A DNA stretch of 15,485 bases from a virus. Position 1 is the first letter of the stretch. Each line of letters opens with the position of its first letter. Shown here piece after piece: positions 6,514 through 14,741 of this stretch. The stretch covers positions 1 through 15,485 of IMG/VR virus record IMGVR_UViG_3300009961_000037. One strand, given 5' to 3'. The notes under the pieces are model-generated. The model was given only the letters and a program-made list of their open reading frames with translations, searched no databases and was not told the origin of the DNA. The translations under genes and the position numbers were made by a program.

Positions 6514-8220
6514 TTAACCTCTCCAATTATTTACTAAAATAGGTCTATTTATTTGTTTATTTTGTGTTCCGTCATAATGCCAGAATTTTACCCCATTTTC
6601 AAAAATTGTTTTAAGTACTATGTTTATTTGAGGGTCTGCTTCGCTTAAATACCAGTTACCCTTAAATTGTACATAGTTTACATTATTCATACTGTTCACT
6701 GGCTCTAATTGTTCCAGTTTTTCATCAAAATCAAAACCGTATAAATTATAGTATTGTTTTAGTTTATCTAATTCAAATTTATGTGGGGCTGAAATTAATA
6801 GATGAATACCGTATGTACTATCTTTTAATAGTAAACTATTAGGGTAATTTCCATCATTTACTTGATTAGCGTTTAAGGCTAGAGTTTGTTTGTCTGCTTT
6901 CTGTTTACGGTAATAATCGTATTCATCAGAAAATGCTCCAGCAACTGACCCAATACCACCTTTAAACGTAGAGAATACACTCATAGCATTAAAGAACTTA
7001 TCTTGAATAGAACTATTACTATCCATTATTTTCTGTGCTCTACCTGAAATAGTTTTACTATTGTCTAATTCACGGTTATAAGCCCCTTTAGCCCATTCGA
7101 GTTTAGCAGTATCTATAACGGTGCTCATTTTATTAAATTCAATAAATGAAAGGTTTACATTCAAATATGTACCTTTCTTATCACCTAATTCGTTATTATA
7201 CCCTATAGGATAAATTTTAAGTAAATTATTATAACCTATTGTTGAAACAGCTCTAAACTTCAAACCTTGATATAATTTAGATGGCTCTAAAGGTACTATA
7301 TTTCCGCTAAAGTCAGTAAGTTCAAAAGTGAAATAGCCATTTCTTAAAAGATGGGGCATATTATCAATTCCTAACATATTTAACAATGTTTCTTTGTTTA
7401 TATTTATTTGACCTAAATCAATTTCTTTTGATTTACCCCCTTTTTTGAGTTTGTAAAATTCCACTTCACTATCTTTAAATTTTACTTTTTTCTGTTCTTC
7501 TAAATTTATAAGTAAAGATGGTATTTGACATGCTTCTTTTATATTTTGAGCTATCCAAGGAAAAGATGATAAATGAGTTAAAAAACTATCCCATTTTTCA
7601 GATGGTATAATGTAAGCGTTAAGCATTGACTTCATACCATCGAATACACCACCAGTTGAAGAACGTAAAACTGGTTTTTTTTCAGTACCAAAATCAGCTT
7701 CAAGGTCAACGCTTGTTGTTAAAAGAATATAGCTTTCAAGCATTGGTATAGATAGGTGTTTAATATACTTTAATGATTTAACTTGTAAAGTATCATCTGT
7801 ATTTCTTAAATATTGCTCTAAATCATTATACCTATTTTGTGTAACATGTTGGCGAATAATCTCTACTTGTCCAACTTCGTTTAATCTCTTACCTTGACAA
7901 AATGTCATTACAAAATCTGGCATAATAGTAACAAGTGTTGTATTATCATTTAAATACTCATAATCTGTAATAAAAAAGTAGTATAGTTTATTTTCTTTCT
8001 GATTAGTAAAATATCCATAATTATATTTTAACAAATCCTCATAGAGTTTAGGGACTTTTAGTAAGCCCCTATCCCTACGAAAATTGAAAAGACTTTCAAA
8101 TTCAAGTTTATTATATCGATTAAAAAAATCATCCCTTATTTGATTATCTTCAAAATGAATTGTATTCTGGATATTTACTAATTCGGTGTTTTCAAAAAAA
8201 ACAAATTTGGTTAAATTCAT
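6514..8220 (-). CDS. Tail knob / distal tail protein (phi29 gp9-like).
   Basis: 568-aa ORF. Several blocks align with phi29 gp9 from memory. YYFFITDYEYLNDNTTLVTIMPDFVMTF aligns with [29 protein letters not shown]. The C-terminal VNYVQFKGNWYLSEADPQINIVLKTIFENGVKFWHYDG aligns with [38 protein letters not shown]. There is a Gly-rich FKGGIGSVAGAF loop region. Confidence 0.8.
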   Translation of the reverse strand: MNLTKFVFFENTELVNIQNTIHFEDNQIRDDFFNRYNKLEFESLFNFRRDRGLLKVPKLYEDLLKYNYGYFTNQKENKLYYFFITDYEYLNDNTTLVTIMPDFVMTFCQGKRLNEVGQVEIIRQHVTQNRYNDLEQYLRNTDDTLQVKSLKYIKHLSIPMLESYILLTTSVDLEADFGTEKKPVLRSSTGGVFDGMKSMLNAYIIPSEKWDSFLTHLSSFPWIAQNIKEACQIPSLLINLEEQKKVKFKDSEVEFYKLKKGGKSKEIDLGQININKETLLNMLGIDNMPHLLRNGYFTFELTDFSGNIVPLEPSKLYQGLKFRAVSTIGYNNLLKIYPIGYNNELGDKKGTYLNVNLSFIEFNKMSTVIDTAKLEWAKGAYNRELDNSKTISGRAQKIMDSNSSIQDKFFNAMSVFSTFKGGIGSVAGAFSDEYDYYRKQKADKQTLALNANQVNDGNYPNSLLLKDSTYGIHLLISAPHKFELDKLKQYYNLYGFDFDEKLEQLEPVNSMNNVNYVQFKGNWYLSEADPQINIVLKTIFENGVKFWHYDGTQNKQINRPILVNNWRG

Positions 8221-9140
8221 ACATTATCACTTTCTATATATTTAGCTTGTTTATAATTGGAGTCTTTAAAAATCCTTACATGTCCTGTATCTACTTTTTC
8301 AGAATTAGCTATTTCATCTTCTGGTACTTCATTTGTACCTAAATATAACTTTTTACTAAGTTTTTTTACTCCTTTGAATGAATCAGTATCAAACAAACAC
8401 CCTTGTCTATAATATTTTTTAATATCTACAATATCAGTAAAATAAATTTTAATAGTATCGGTTGCTAAAGCCCCAATTGCTTTAATTGTTAAAGCCGGGT
8501 CATTATTATTAATTCTATAAAATCTTTGGTTATATTCACCTGATTTATAAGGAAATATATTATTTTCAAATGACACTTTAGGTATGTTATTATCATAATG
8601 AGCGTCATAAGAATAATTTTCAGGATATTTTATATATGCTTCTTCATTCTGATAAGATATTTCTTCTACTAAATCATATTCTGTTAAATCTGTAAATTTT
8701 CCTAATTCACCTAAATCAACCTCATATTTTATACTTCTATTAGGTTTATCTGATGTAATATTAATCCATTCGAGAGCAACTATTTTTTCTTCAAAAGAAT
8801 TTTTATGTATATTAAATAGTAATTCTATACTATATGTATTAACAGTTTGACCTTCTTCATCGACATTTCTAAAATTTAAAGTAATAATTCCATCATCATC
8901 ATTTTGTGATAAAAAATAATTACTTTCTACTCTAACAATAACATTTTTATTATTTCTATTAAAATATGGTTTTGTTAGACCTTTAAAAATGTTATTATCT
9001 TTTAATTTTAAAAATGTATTAGATTTAAAATAATTTGTTGATAAAAATAAATTATTATACCTATAATTTGCGTATGAATGTTTTACTTGTCCCGGACTAG
9101 TATTATCAGAGAAAACATAATCTTTAAGAGATAATCTCAT
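8217..9140 (-). CDS. Structural protein, putative lower collar / tail tube (assigned by position and size only).
   Basis: 307-aa ORF. It overlaps the tail knob gene start by 4 nt (ATGA) and is beta-rich and N/Y-rich. phi29 gp11 is 293 aa and neighbours the tail genes. No motif was recognised. Confidence 0.3.
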   Translation of the reverse strand: MRLSLKDYVFSDNTSPGQVKHSYANYRYNNLFLSTNYFKSNTFLKLKDNNIFKGLTKPYFNRNNKNVIVRVESNYFLSQNDDDGIITLNFRNVDEEGQTVNTYSIELLFNIHKNSFEEKIVALEWINITSDKPNRSIKYEVDLGELGKFTDLTEYDLVEEISYQNEEAYIKYPENYSYDAHYDNNIPKVSFENNIFPYKSGEYNQRFYRINNNDPALTIKAIGALATDTIKIYFTDIVDIKKYYRQGCLFDTDSFKGVKKLSKKLYLGTNEVPEDEIANSEKVDTGHVRIFKDSNYKQAKYIESDNV

Positions 9141-9151
9141 AACCTACCCCC

Positions 9152-10060
9152 TTATTTTACCATTAAATCATTTTGTTTGTCTGAATTAGTAGCATGACTA
9201 GCTAAGTAATTAATCTTATCTTCACTAGTATATACATTAATATTACCAGTTACCAGATTTACATTTTCTTTAAAAGTAGTTGTTCCAATTTCATTATTGG
9301 TAATACCACCACTTGCAAACACACTATTTAACATAGCTTGCAATGATTGTTCATTCTTAGTAATTTTTTCAAGTGCTGATGTACTATCTGCAAGCGCCTT
9401 GCTCAAATTATTTATTTGTTCTTGTGTCATTCCTTGATTTTGTTGCCCTTGAATGCCACCGATTTTTTCATCAATCTTCCGCTCAAATTCTTTCATTTTT
9501 TCAGTCATAGCGTTGTTTCGTTGTTCTACTTCACGCAAGATGTCAGCTTTCAAGGTTTCAAGTTTTTGATTGAGTGCACGGAGGTCTTTATTTAGTTCTA
9601 AAAGATAGTTCGTTACATCTGGATTATAAAGACCATCATTTTCAATTACAAGAGAGTTTGGACTTTCCAAATCTTTATATTGTCCATCTATTTGCTGATA
9701 TTGCAATCTCTTGACTAATTTTGATAGTACTAATTCGCATTTAAGATTGATTACATCATGCCAGTTTATTCCTCGCTCTTTTCCCTCGTCAATCCAGTCA
9801 AATTCTTTAGTGTAACGAATTGCATTAGTCGATTGAACATTAATATTTCGACGAGCTACACGGTTTGTTAGCCATGTTAATTTATCCAGATAACGGTTAG
9901 TGTTAGCTAGATAATCATAATAAGATGGTGCATTTGTATTATAATCTCGCCTATCATCATACCACGGCTGATAATGGTTTTCTAAAGACCAATTAGTAGA
10001 CCATGGATATTTTGAATGACTTTCCATTTGATTAAAATTATCTTGATTTCTTTCTTCCAT
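9152..10060 (-). CDS. Fibre-type structural protein with a central coiled-coil shaft. Candidate head fibre (gp8.5-like) or tail fibre / receptor-binding protein.
   Basis: 302-aa ORF. It has an aromatic-rich N-terminal domain, a roughly 100-aa heptad-like segment (LLELNKDLRALNQKLETLKADILREVEQRNNAMTEKMKEFERKIDEKI...) and a Gly/Thr/Asn-rich C-terminal beta region. This architecture matches trimeric phage fibres. phi29 gp8.5 is 280 aa with the same layout. Confidence 0.35.
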   Translation of the reverse strand: MEERNQDNFNQMESHSKYPWSTNWSLENHYQPWYDDRRDYNTNAPSYYDYLANTNRYLDKLTWLTNRVARRNINVQSTNAIRYTKEFDWIDEGKERGINWHDVINLKCELVLSKLVKRLQYQQIDGQYKDLESPNSLVIENDGLYNPDVTNYLLELNKDLRALNQKLETLKADILREVEQRNNAMTEKMKEFERKIDEKIGGIQGQQNQGMTQEQINNLSKALADSTSALEKITKNEQSLQAMLNSVFASGGITNNEIGTTTFKENVNLVTGNINVYTSEDKINYLASHATNSDKQNDLMVK

Positions 10061-10067
10061 TTATATT

Positions 10068-10709
10068 TTACCCCACTTGTGAGAATAAAGCTAAGTCTAG
10101 TTTATCCCAAAATTCATTAGTAATTTTCTGATAATCAATTAAAGTTTTTAAATCGTGATTTTCTGATAGATAAGTTGAAACATTACTATTACTAGTTTTA
10201 CCTTTATTAATAGATAAATCATCTGCATAATCAATACTATCTTGATTTAAAGTAACATTTGTTTGTGTTTGAGGTTGTGAACTATTAATATTATTTGTAC
10301 GATTTTCACCTTGACTATCACTAGTTGTTTTGGTGTTACTTTTTCCTTTTAACCAATCATCAATATTATACATATTTTTTATAATATCTTGATGTTCACT
10401 TACAAATCCAACTAATAAATTATTCCACAAATCAATAGTTTGTACTTTAATTTTACGATTATAAAATTTACTTAAAAGTTCTTTTTCGAAACGTTTTCTA
10501 TTATTGCCTAAAAACTGCAATCCATAAGTCAAATAATATTGTACTAGATATGTTAATTCATTTCCTTCTTCTTCATAGTTACTTATCATTCTACTAATAT
10601 TGTAGTTTGGGTTGTTGTGATAAAGTTGATTAAATTTATTAGTAAAATTCGTTTCAATGTCTGCATTATCAATCAAACTTGTTAAAATACTATATAGTTT
10701 TACTGTCAT
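10068..10709 (-). CDS. Hypothetical virion protein (structural module). Function unassigned.
   Basis: 213-aa ORF in the head-tail gene block. It overlaps the upstream connector gene by 4 nt. It has an N/S/T-rich low-complexity middle section. No motif was recognised. Confidence 0.3.
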   Translation of the reverse strand: MTVKLYSILTSLIDNADIETNFTNKFNQLYHNNPNYNISRMISNYEEEGNELTYLVQYYLTYGLQFLGNNRKRFEKELLSKFYNRKIKVQTIDLWNNLLVGFVSEHQDIIKNMYNIDDWLKGKSNTKTTSDSQGENRTNNINSSQPQTQTNVTLNQDSIDYADDLSINKGKTSNSNVSTYLSENHDLKTLIDYQKITNEFWDKLDLALFSQVG

Positions 10710-11647
10710 TTACTTAACATCTCCATTTTTTCAAGGCTTGAAAGTTCTTTTATCATGTTTTCAGAAAATTCAGCGTGTATATCCATTTCATATCTTTCAT
10801 TAAGAAATTTAAGAGCATTATTTCTAGCAAACAAATAGATATTCTCATTAGATTTCTTGAAAGAAGCGTTTGATTGTGCTTCTTCATCTGAAACACCACT
10901 TTCTTTATCAACACCAAGAGATGAAAGACCAAGCATAGAATTAAGTTCAGATAACTTGTTTTGAAATTCTCTTTTCAATTCTGTTAATGTTGATGTAATA
11001 TTTCCATTATCAAAACGAATAATATTTTCGTTTACATCAAATTGTACCGATGTTTTAATTGCTGGCGAACCATTGAATAGGTCATCAATCACTTCTTCTA
11101 AATCGTCACCGTTTAAATCACCCCTAAAAAAAGTCATTACTTTTGCTTGTAAAATAAGACTAAAGCGTGATAAAGAAATTTCAGCAATTTCTTCTGCATA
11201 ATGTTCTATAATTTCATAATCATTAATATAATTATATACCTTGTTTTGAATAACAATAAAATTACCATTTTTATTATATTGATTAAGTTGATTATATTCT
11301 GGTAAAATATACGCTTCATTTATTAAAAAATTAATATCTTTTTTAGTATATGTCTTAGGTAAATAATGATAATCAAAATTATTTTTATTACTTAAATTTA
11401 CATATCCCAGAATTACAATATCACCTGTCACATCTTCACCAATAGCAACATTATAGCTATGTCTTAACATGCTTTCTAGTTGAATTAAATCAACCTTGAA
11501 ACGTTCATCGATATTTTCATAAGATATTGTAAATGGTAAAATTTCAGCGTAACGGTTATATATAAGTTTATAAAACCTATTTCTATGAGTAACAACCCTT
11601 TCTTTTATTTTTTCTTTGAAAGACTGTTCTATTGTATTAAAATCCAT
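10706..11647 (-). CDS. Head-tail connector / upper collar (portal) protein, phi29 gp10-like.
   Basis: 313-aa ORF. phi29 gp10 is 309 aa. It lies immediately after the capsid gene. Loose block similarity to phi29 gp10 from memory: EIAEISLSRFSLILQAKV vs ELAELKEIISVNQNAQKT, and NSMLGLSSLGVDKESGVSDEEAQSN vs [25 protein letters not shown]. An RBS AAGGGG lies 6 nt before the ATG. Confidence 0.55.
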   Translation of the reverse strand: MDFNTIEQSFKEKIKERVVTHRNRFYKLIYNRYAEILPFTISYENIDERFKVDLIQLESMLRHSYNVAIGEDVTGDIVILGYVNLSNKNNFDYHYLPKTYTKKDINFLINEAYILPEYNQLNQYNKNGNFIVIQNKVYNYINDYEIIEHYAEEIAEISLSRFSLILQAKVMTFFRGDLNGDDLEEVIDDLFNGSPAIKTSVQFDVNENIIRFDNGNITSTLTELKREFQNKLSELNSMLGLSSLGVDKESGVSDEEAQSNASFKKSNENIYLFARNNALKFLNERYEMDIHAEFSENMIKELSSLEKMEMLSK

Positions 11648-11660
11648 TTATACCCCTTAT

Positions 11661-11693
11661 TAATAAAAATAAAGGGGGCGAATATACCCCCTT
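11661..11693 (-). terminator. Rho-independent terminator between the major capsid gene and the connector gene.
   Basis: Seen in sequence. GGGGG 11674-11678 pairs with CCCCC 11687-11691, flanked by AA/TT to give a 7-bp G/C-rich stem with an 8-nt loop. On the minus strand it is followed by UUUAUUUUUAUUA (plus 11661-11671). It lies 4 nt after the capsid stop codon. Confidence 0.6.
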
Positions 11694-11697
11694 AAGT

Positions 11698-12846
11698 TTA
11701 TCCGCCGATTACAATTTTATTGTAAAATGGTGAGATTGATTTAAAGCTATAGTAATGAAGCCAATAGTTCCACTCCTTATACTCAGGATTGAAGAAATTA
11801 ACTATCATATCTTTAGTGTACTGCTTGTAGCGAATTGCTCGCTTATCAAGCACCAAAGCAAAGTTTTCAGTTGTTGGTTTGATTTCTTGTACCTTATCTG
11901 CTCCAAAAATTGATGTTACATCAAAAGTAAAGATTGTACCAGCTTCAATTACATCGCCTTTTTCTGATTGATAGTCACCCATAGCAGACAATTTAGTAAT
12001 TTGGTCATTAGTTGAAAGTGTAAAATCTTCTTTAAGCTTGTAAACACCTCCCAAATCATTAAATGAAATGATTTTGTTAGTAATATCCAAGCCTTGAATA
12101 TTATAACTTGTTGCAATTTGTGTATTCAATAGGACAGCTTTGATTTCATCACTTGTAATAATTAACAAATCATCAATACTTGATACTGTTGTATATCGTC
12201 CAAGCGCACCACCAGAAGCAGTTGACGTTTCATTATATTTATCTGAGTTATTTTGCATGTTTAGAATAGCTAGTGACAATTTATTAATGACTTCTTCTTT
12301 AGTAGAAGCTGTTCGCTTTTCTTTTGCTACATTCAAAGCATATTCAATCAACATTGCCTTAAATTCTGCTTCTTCTGTAATATTGATGTCTGAAATTTTC
12401 TTTTTAAGAACACCGATAGCATACTTAGTAGCGTCAGCCAGTGTTACAAAATTCTGTCTTACATCATTATCGTTAAGTGTGAATTTAACCTTACGAAACC
12501 ATGAGTTACCATAAATTTTGGAAGCAATAAAAGGATAGTTACGTTTAAGGAACAATTCATCTTTTTTGGATAGGTTCATATCTACTGGTACACTATCCAA
12601 AATTACATATTCTTCTGAATACTGACCGATAAAATCTTGCTCAACTGCAAACCGTTGGAAACGATTTCCAAGAATTTCTGAAACAAGTTCTGTTTCAGTT
12701 AGTTTAGGGAACAAGAATTTATTAATGAATGTTTCAAATTCTGTCTTATTGGTTGTAAGATTCCCCCCAAATGTCCAAGCAGTGCCATTTGCCTTATTGA
12801 ATTCAATCAAGGCTTGTTTACTAGCTTTTATAATTCCATTCACCAT
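11698..12846 (-). CDS. Major capsid protein.
   Basis: 382-aa ORF. It has a strong RBS (GGAGG 8 nt upstream of the ATG at 12846). It is preceded by a small acidic scaffold-like gene and followed by a terminator, which is the classic layout for a highly expressed capsid gene. Its size is typical of picovirus major head proteins. No sequence-level confirmation. Confidence 0.6.
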   Translation of the reverse strand: MVNGIIKASKQALIEFNKANGTAWTFGGNLTTNKTEFETFINKFLFPKLTETELVSEILGNRFQRFAVEQDFIGQYSEEYVILDSVPVDMNLSKKDELFLKRNYPFIASKIYGNSWFRKVKFTLNDNDVRQNFVTLADATKYAIGVLKKKISDINITEEAEFKAMLIEYALNVAKEKRTASTKEEVINKLSLAILNMQNNSDKYNETSTASGGALGRYTTVSSIDDLLIITSDEIKAVLLNTQIATSYNIQGLDITNKIISFNDLGGVYKLKEDFTLSTNDQITKLSAMGDYQSEKGDVIEAGTIFTFDVTSIFGADKVQEIKPTTENFALVLDKRAIRYKQYTKDMIVNFFNPEYKEWNYWLHYYSFKSISPFYNKIVIGG

Positions 12847-12983
12847 TAAGCATTACCTCCTAAATTTTGTAATTTCCGTGTATATTCATCAGCTTGTGTT
12901 GTTTCGTTGATAGTCATTGAACTATTTAATTCATTTGATTTATCAAGCTTTTCATCATTATAGTGTGATTTCATAAAGTCCAT
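12846..12983 (-). CDS. Small hypothetical protein (45 aa) between the scaffold and capsid genes.
   Basis: Translated by hand: MDFMKSHYNDEKLDKSNELNSSMTINETTQADEYTRKLQNLGGNA. GGAGG (plus 12994-12998) lies 10 nt upstream of the ATG at 12983. Its stop overlaps the capsid ATG (TAATG). It is below the length cut-off of the ORF track. Confidence 0.35.
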   Translation of the reverse strand: MDFMKSHYNDEKLDKSNELNSSMTINETTQADEYTRKLQNLGGNA

Positions 12984-12985
12984 AT

Positions 12986-13164
12986 TTATTTTTCCTCCAA
13001 AAGTTTTGCGATTTCAGCATCTGTTTCTTGTTCTAGTGTTTCTTCTGGTGTTTCTTCTGTTGTTTCTTCTGTTGTTTCTTGACGTGTAAAAGCCTTGATG
13101 GTTTCAACATCGTTTTTTAACCCCTCAAGAAATGAGATTAATTCTTCTTTTGTGTTAATTTCCA
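12986..13164 (-). CDS. Putative head scaffolding protein (59 aa from the internal ATG, very acidic, with an EETT repeat).
   Basis: The 73-aa track ORF very probably starts at Met15 (ATG at 13164), which has the RBS AGAGGG 6 nt upstream. The product MEINTKEEL...ETTEETTEETPEETLEQETDAEIAKLLEEK is small, acidic and helical, and lies directly upstream of the capsid gene, as phi29 gp7 does. The 12986 end overlaps the 190-aa gene frame when the longer start is used. Confidence 0.45.
13035..13080. repeat. 12-bp tandem repeat (tgtttcttctgg/t, about 3.7 copies) encoding the EETT(E/P) repeat of the scaffold-like protein.
   Basis: Seen in sequence: ttcttctggtgtttcttctgttgtttcttctgttgtttcttg. Confidence 0.7.
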
Positions 13165-13181
13165 TTTTTTCCCTCTTTCTT

Positions 13182-13754
13182 TTAATATAAAAATGCATAA
13201 GTAACAATGTTTACTGCATATTTATATTTCTTATTTGTATAACCATTGTATAACTCTGATTTCATATTATGATTAAATCGTTTTATACGTTTCATTACAT
13301 TTGTTATGGAATGTTCACGAATAGCTAAAACAGACATAAATTGTTGAATGTGTTTATTTTGTTCATCATCAATAGCATTATACTTAATTTCTCTTTTAAC
13401 ATCAGCAAATTCTTCAAGTATTTTTTTATACTTACCAGATACAAGACTAGCTAACTCAGTATAAGTGGCTGGAGAAGTTATTATTATAGGCTCTTTTAAA
13501 TGACTATATAAATTAGTAAATAATACTTCATTAGCTCGTCTTAACATATCTAAATCTGTAACATACGTTTTCTGTATCTGTACACCATAAGTAAATTTGC
13601 TACCATCTCTATCTGTTGTGTAAATGTTCTTGGCATATTTCGAACTATCATAAACTGTATTTTTATAACCTTTTGAAGGGGCTCTAGGTAGCGCCATCTT
13701 CCCAGAGATAGATTTACTTTCATATCTATCCCAATATTTTTTATCACGTTTCAT
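13182..13754 (-). CDS. Hypothetical basic early protein (190 aa). It is one of the candidates for the unassigned terminal protein.
   Basis: The ORF has a Lys/Arg-rich N-terminus (MKRDKKYWDRYESKSISGK...) and is Tyr/Ser/Thr-rich. It lies between the SSB-like gene and the scaffold gene. No motif was recognised. Confidence 0.4.
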   Translation of the reverse strand: MKRDKKYWDRYESKSISGKMALPRAPSKGYKNTVYDSSKYAKNIYTTDRDGSKFTYGVQIQKTYVTDLDMLRRANEVLFTNLYSHLKEPIIITSPATYTELASLVSGKYKKILEEFADVKREIKYNAIDDEQNKHIQQFMSVLAIREHSITNVMKRIKRFNHNMKSELYNGYTNKKYKYAVNIVTYAFLY

Positions 13755-13757
13755 ACA

Positions 13758-14252
13758 TTAAAATGTTAGTTCATCTTCTGAAACTTCCAAATCTTCAAAT
13801 GGATTTGTTGGTTCAACTTCTATAATTGCATCAACTGGTGCTAGAATAGCGGTCAAACGGTAAAAATCATTCTTTCCTTTTTGTGTTTTTACTTTTGTGA
13901 TATTAAGGATTACGTTTTTTTCTGTGTAAATGTTAAGTAAATGTTGTTTGTTTTCATCTTCAACAGTCATAAGCATTTTTTGTGGTTTTTTATCTTTTGT
14001 TGATTTAAAATGTTTTACAGTTTTAGCTGATTTTACAATAGTGTAACTTTCTGCCCCTTTTTCTTTAGGTGTGTAAAGTGGTAGACCAAATTTTTCAAGT
14101 TTTTCAATTTCTTTCTTGTCTTTTGGTACAATGTAAACTGTTTTAGTTGGTGTTTCTTGTTTGAAATCTTCTGATACTTTATTTGATGTAGCAGAGATTT
14201 TACCGATAATATTGATTGATGAAAATTGATTTTGTTCTTTTGTCATTGTCAT
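13758..14252 (-). CDS. Putative single-stranded DNA-binding protein (OB-fold, with an acidic C-terminal tail).
   Basis: 164-aa ORF. The N-terminus reads SSINIIGKIS, which is the beta-strand start typical of SSBs. The C-terminus reads PFEDLEVSEDELTF: an acidic tail ending in a hydrophobic/aromatic residue, as in bacterial-type SSB tails (DDDIPF). It sits in the early block, as phi29 gene 5 does. Confidence 0.35.
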   Translation of the reverse strand: MTMTKEQNQFSSINIIGKISATSNKVSEDFKQETPTKTVYIVPKDKKEIEKLEKFGLPLYTPKEKGAESYTIVKSAKTVKHFKSTKDKKPQKMLMTVEDENKQHLLNIYTEKNVILNITKVKTQKGKNDFYRLTAILAPVDAIIEVEPTNPFEDLEVSEDELTF

Positions 14253-14254
14253 TG

Positions 14255-14494
14255 TTATTTTCCTTTTCTTTTATTAATTGTGTTATATAATTCCATAAGA
14301 TAGTAACTATCTTTAAGCATTGTAAATAGGTAGTTAAGTTGTAAGTTGTTATTGTAACCCAAAATGCAACTTTCTAATTCTTCTAATATATAAATTACCA
14401 AAGCTTTATATGTTGGGTCACGCTCCTTATAGCGCTTAATAGCGCTAATAATATCGTTTAAAACCTCTTGTCGGATAAAATCACCCCCTTTCAA
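14255..14494 (-). CDS. Hypothetical early protein (79 aa). It has a TTG start and no SD, and may be translationally coupled.
   Basis: The ORF begins with TTG at 14494 and overlaps the upstream gene stop (TGA at 14481-14483) by 14 nt. GAAAGGGGG lies inside its first codons. The true start is uncertain. Confidence 0.35.
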   Translation of the reverse strand: MKGGDFIRQEVLNDIISAIKRYKERDPTYKALVIYILEELESCILGYNNNLQLNYLFTMLKDSYYLMELYNTINKRKGK

Positions 14495-14741
14495 TTTGTA
14501 ATTGAATAATATTAAATTGTTTACAAAGAATTGAAATTCTTTCTTTCATTTCTTTTGGTGTTAAGATACTATCATCATTAAAATAATCTTCTAATAACTC
14601 AATAACTTTTTTAATAAATTCTTGTTTTATAACATTATCATATTTTACAAAATGATATAATAACACACCACAATATAAATTTTCAATAAATACTTCATAT
14701 CTATGTTTTTCTTCATTTAAATATTGATTTATTATAATCAT
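14481..14741 (-). CDS. Hypothetical early protein (86 aa).
   Basis: Its ATG at 14741 overlaps the upstream gene stop by 4 nt. No motif was recognised. Confidence 0.4.
   Translation of the reverse strand: MIIINQYLNEEKHRYEVFIENLYCGVLLYHFVKYDNVIKQEFIKKVIELLEDYFNDDSILTPKEMKERISILCKQFNIIQLQIERG

Noticed and set aside
7670-8200. A8/T8 homopolymer runs inside the tail knob gene (about 7675-7682 and 8188-8195)
   Set aside because: They could in principle allow slippage. Both are read in frame as ordinary Lys/Phe codons. No alternative-frame ORF of any length follows, so there is no evidence for programmed frameshifting.
8160-8342. Plus-strand 60-aa ORF spanning the tail knob / 307-aa gene junction
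   Set aside because: It is antisense to two overlapping, well-supported minus-strand genes and is hydrophobic by codon-bias artefact.
12140-12910. Plus-strand ORFs 12140..12514 (124 aa) and 12725..12910 (61 aa) antisense to the capsid gene
   Set aside because: They sit opposite a strongly supported capsid CDS and have no translation signals.
13550-13747. Nested minus-strand 65-aa ORF inside the 190-aa gene
   Set aside because: It is in an alternative frame of a longer ORF and has no independent RBS.
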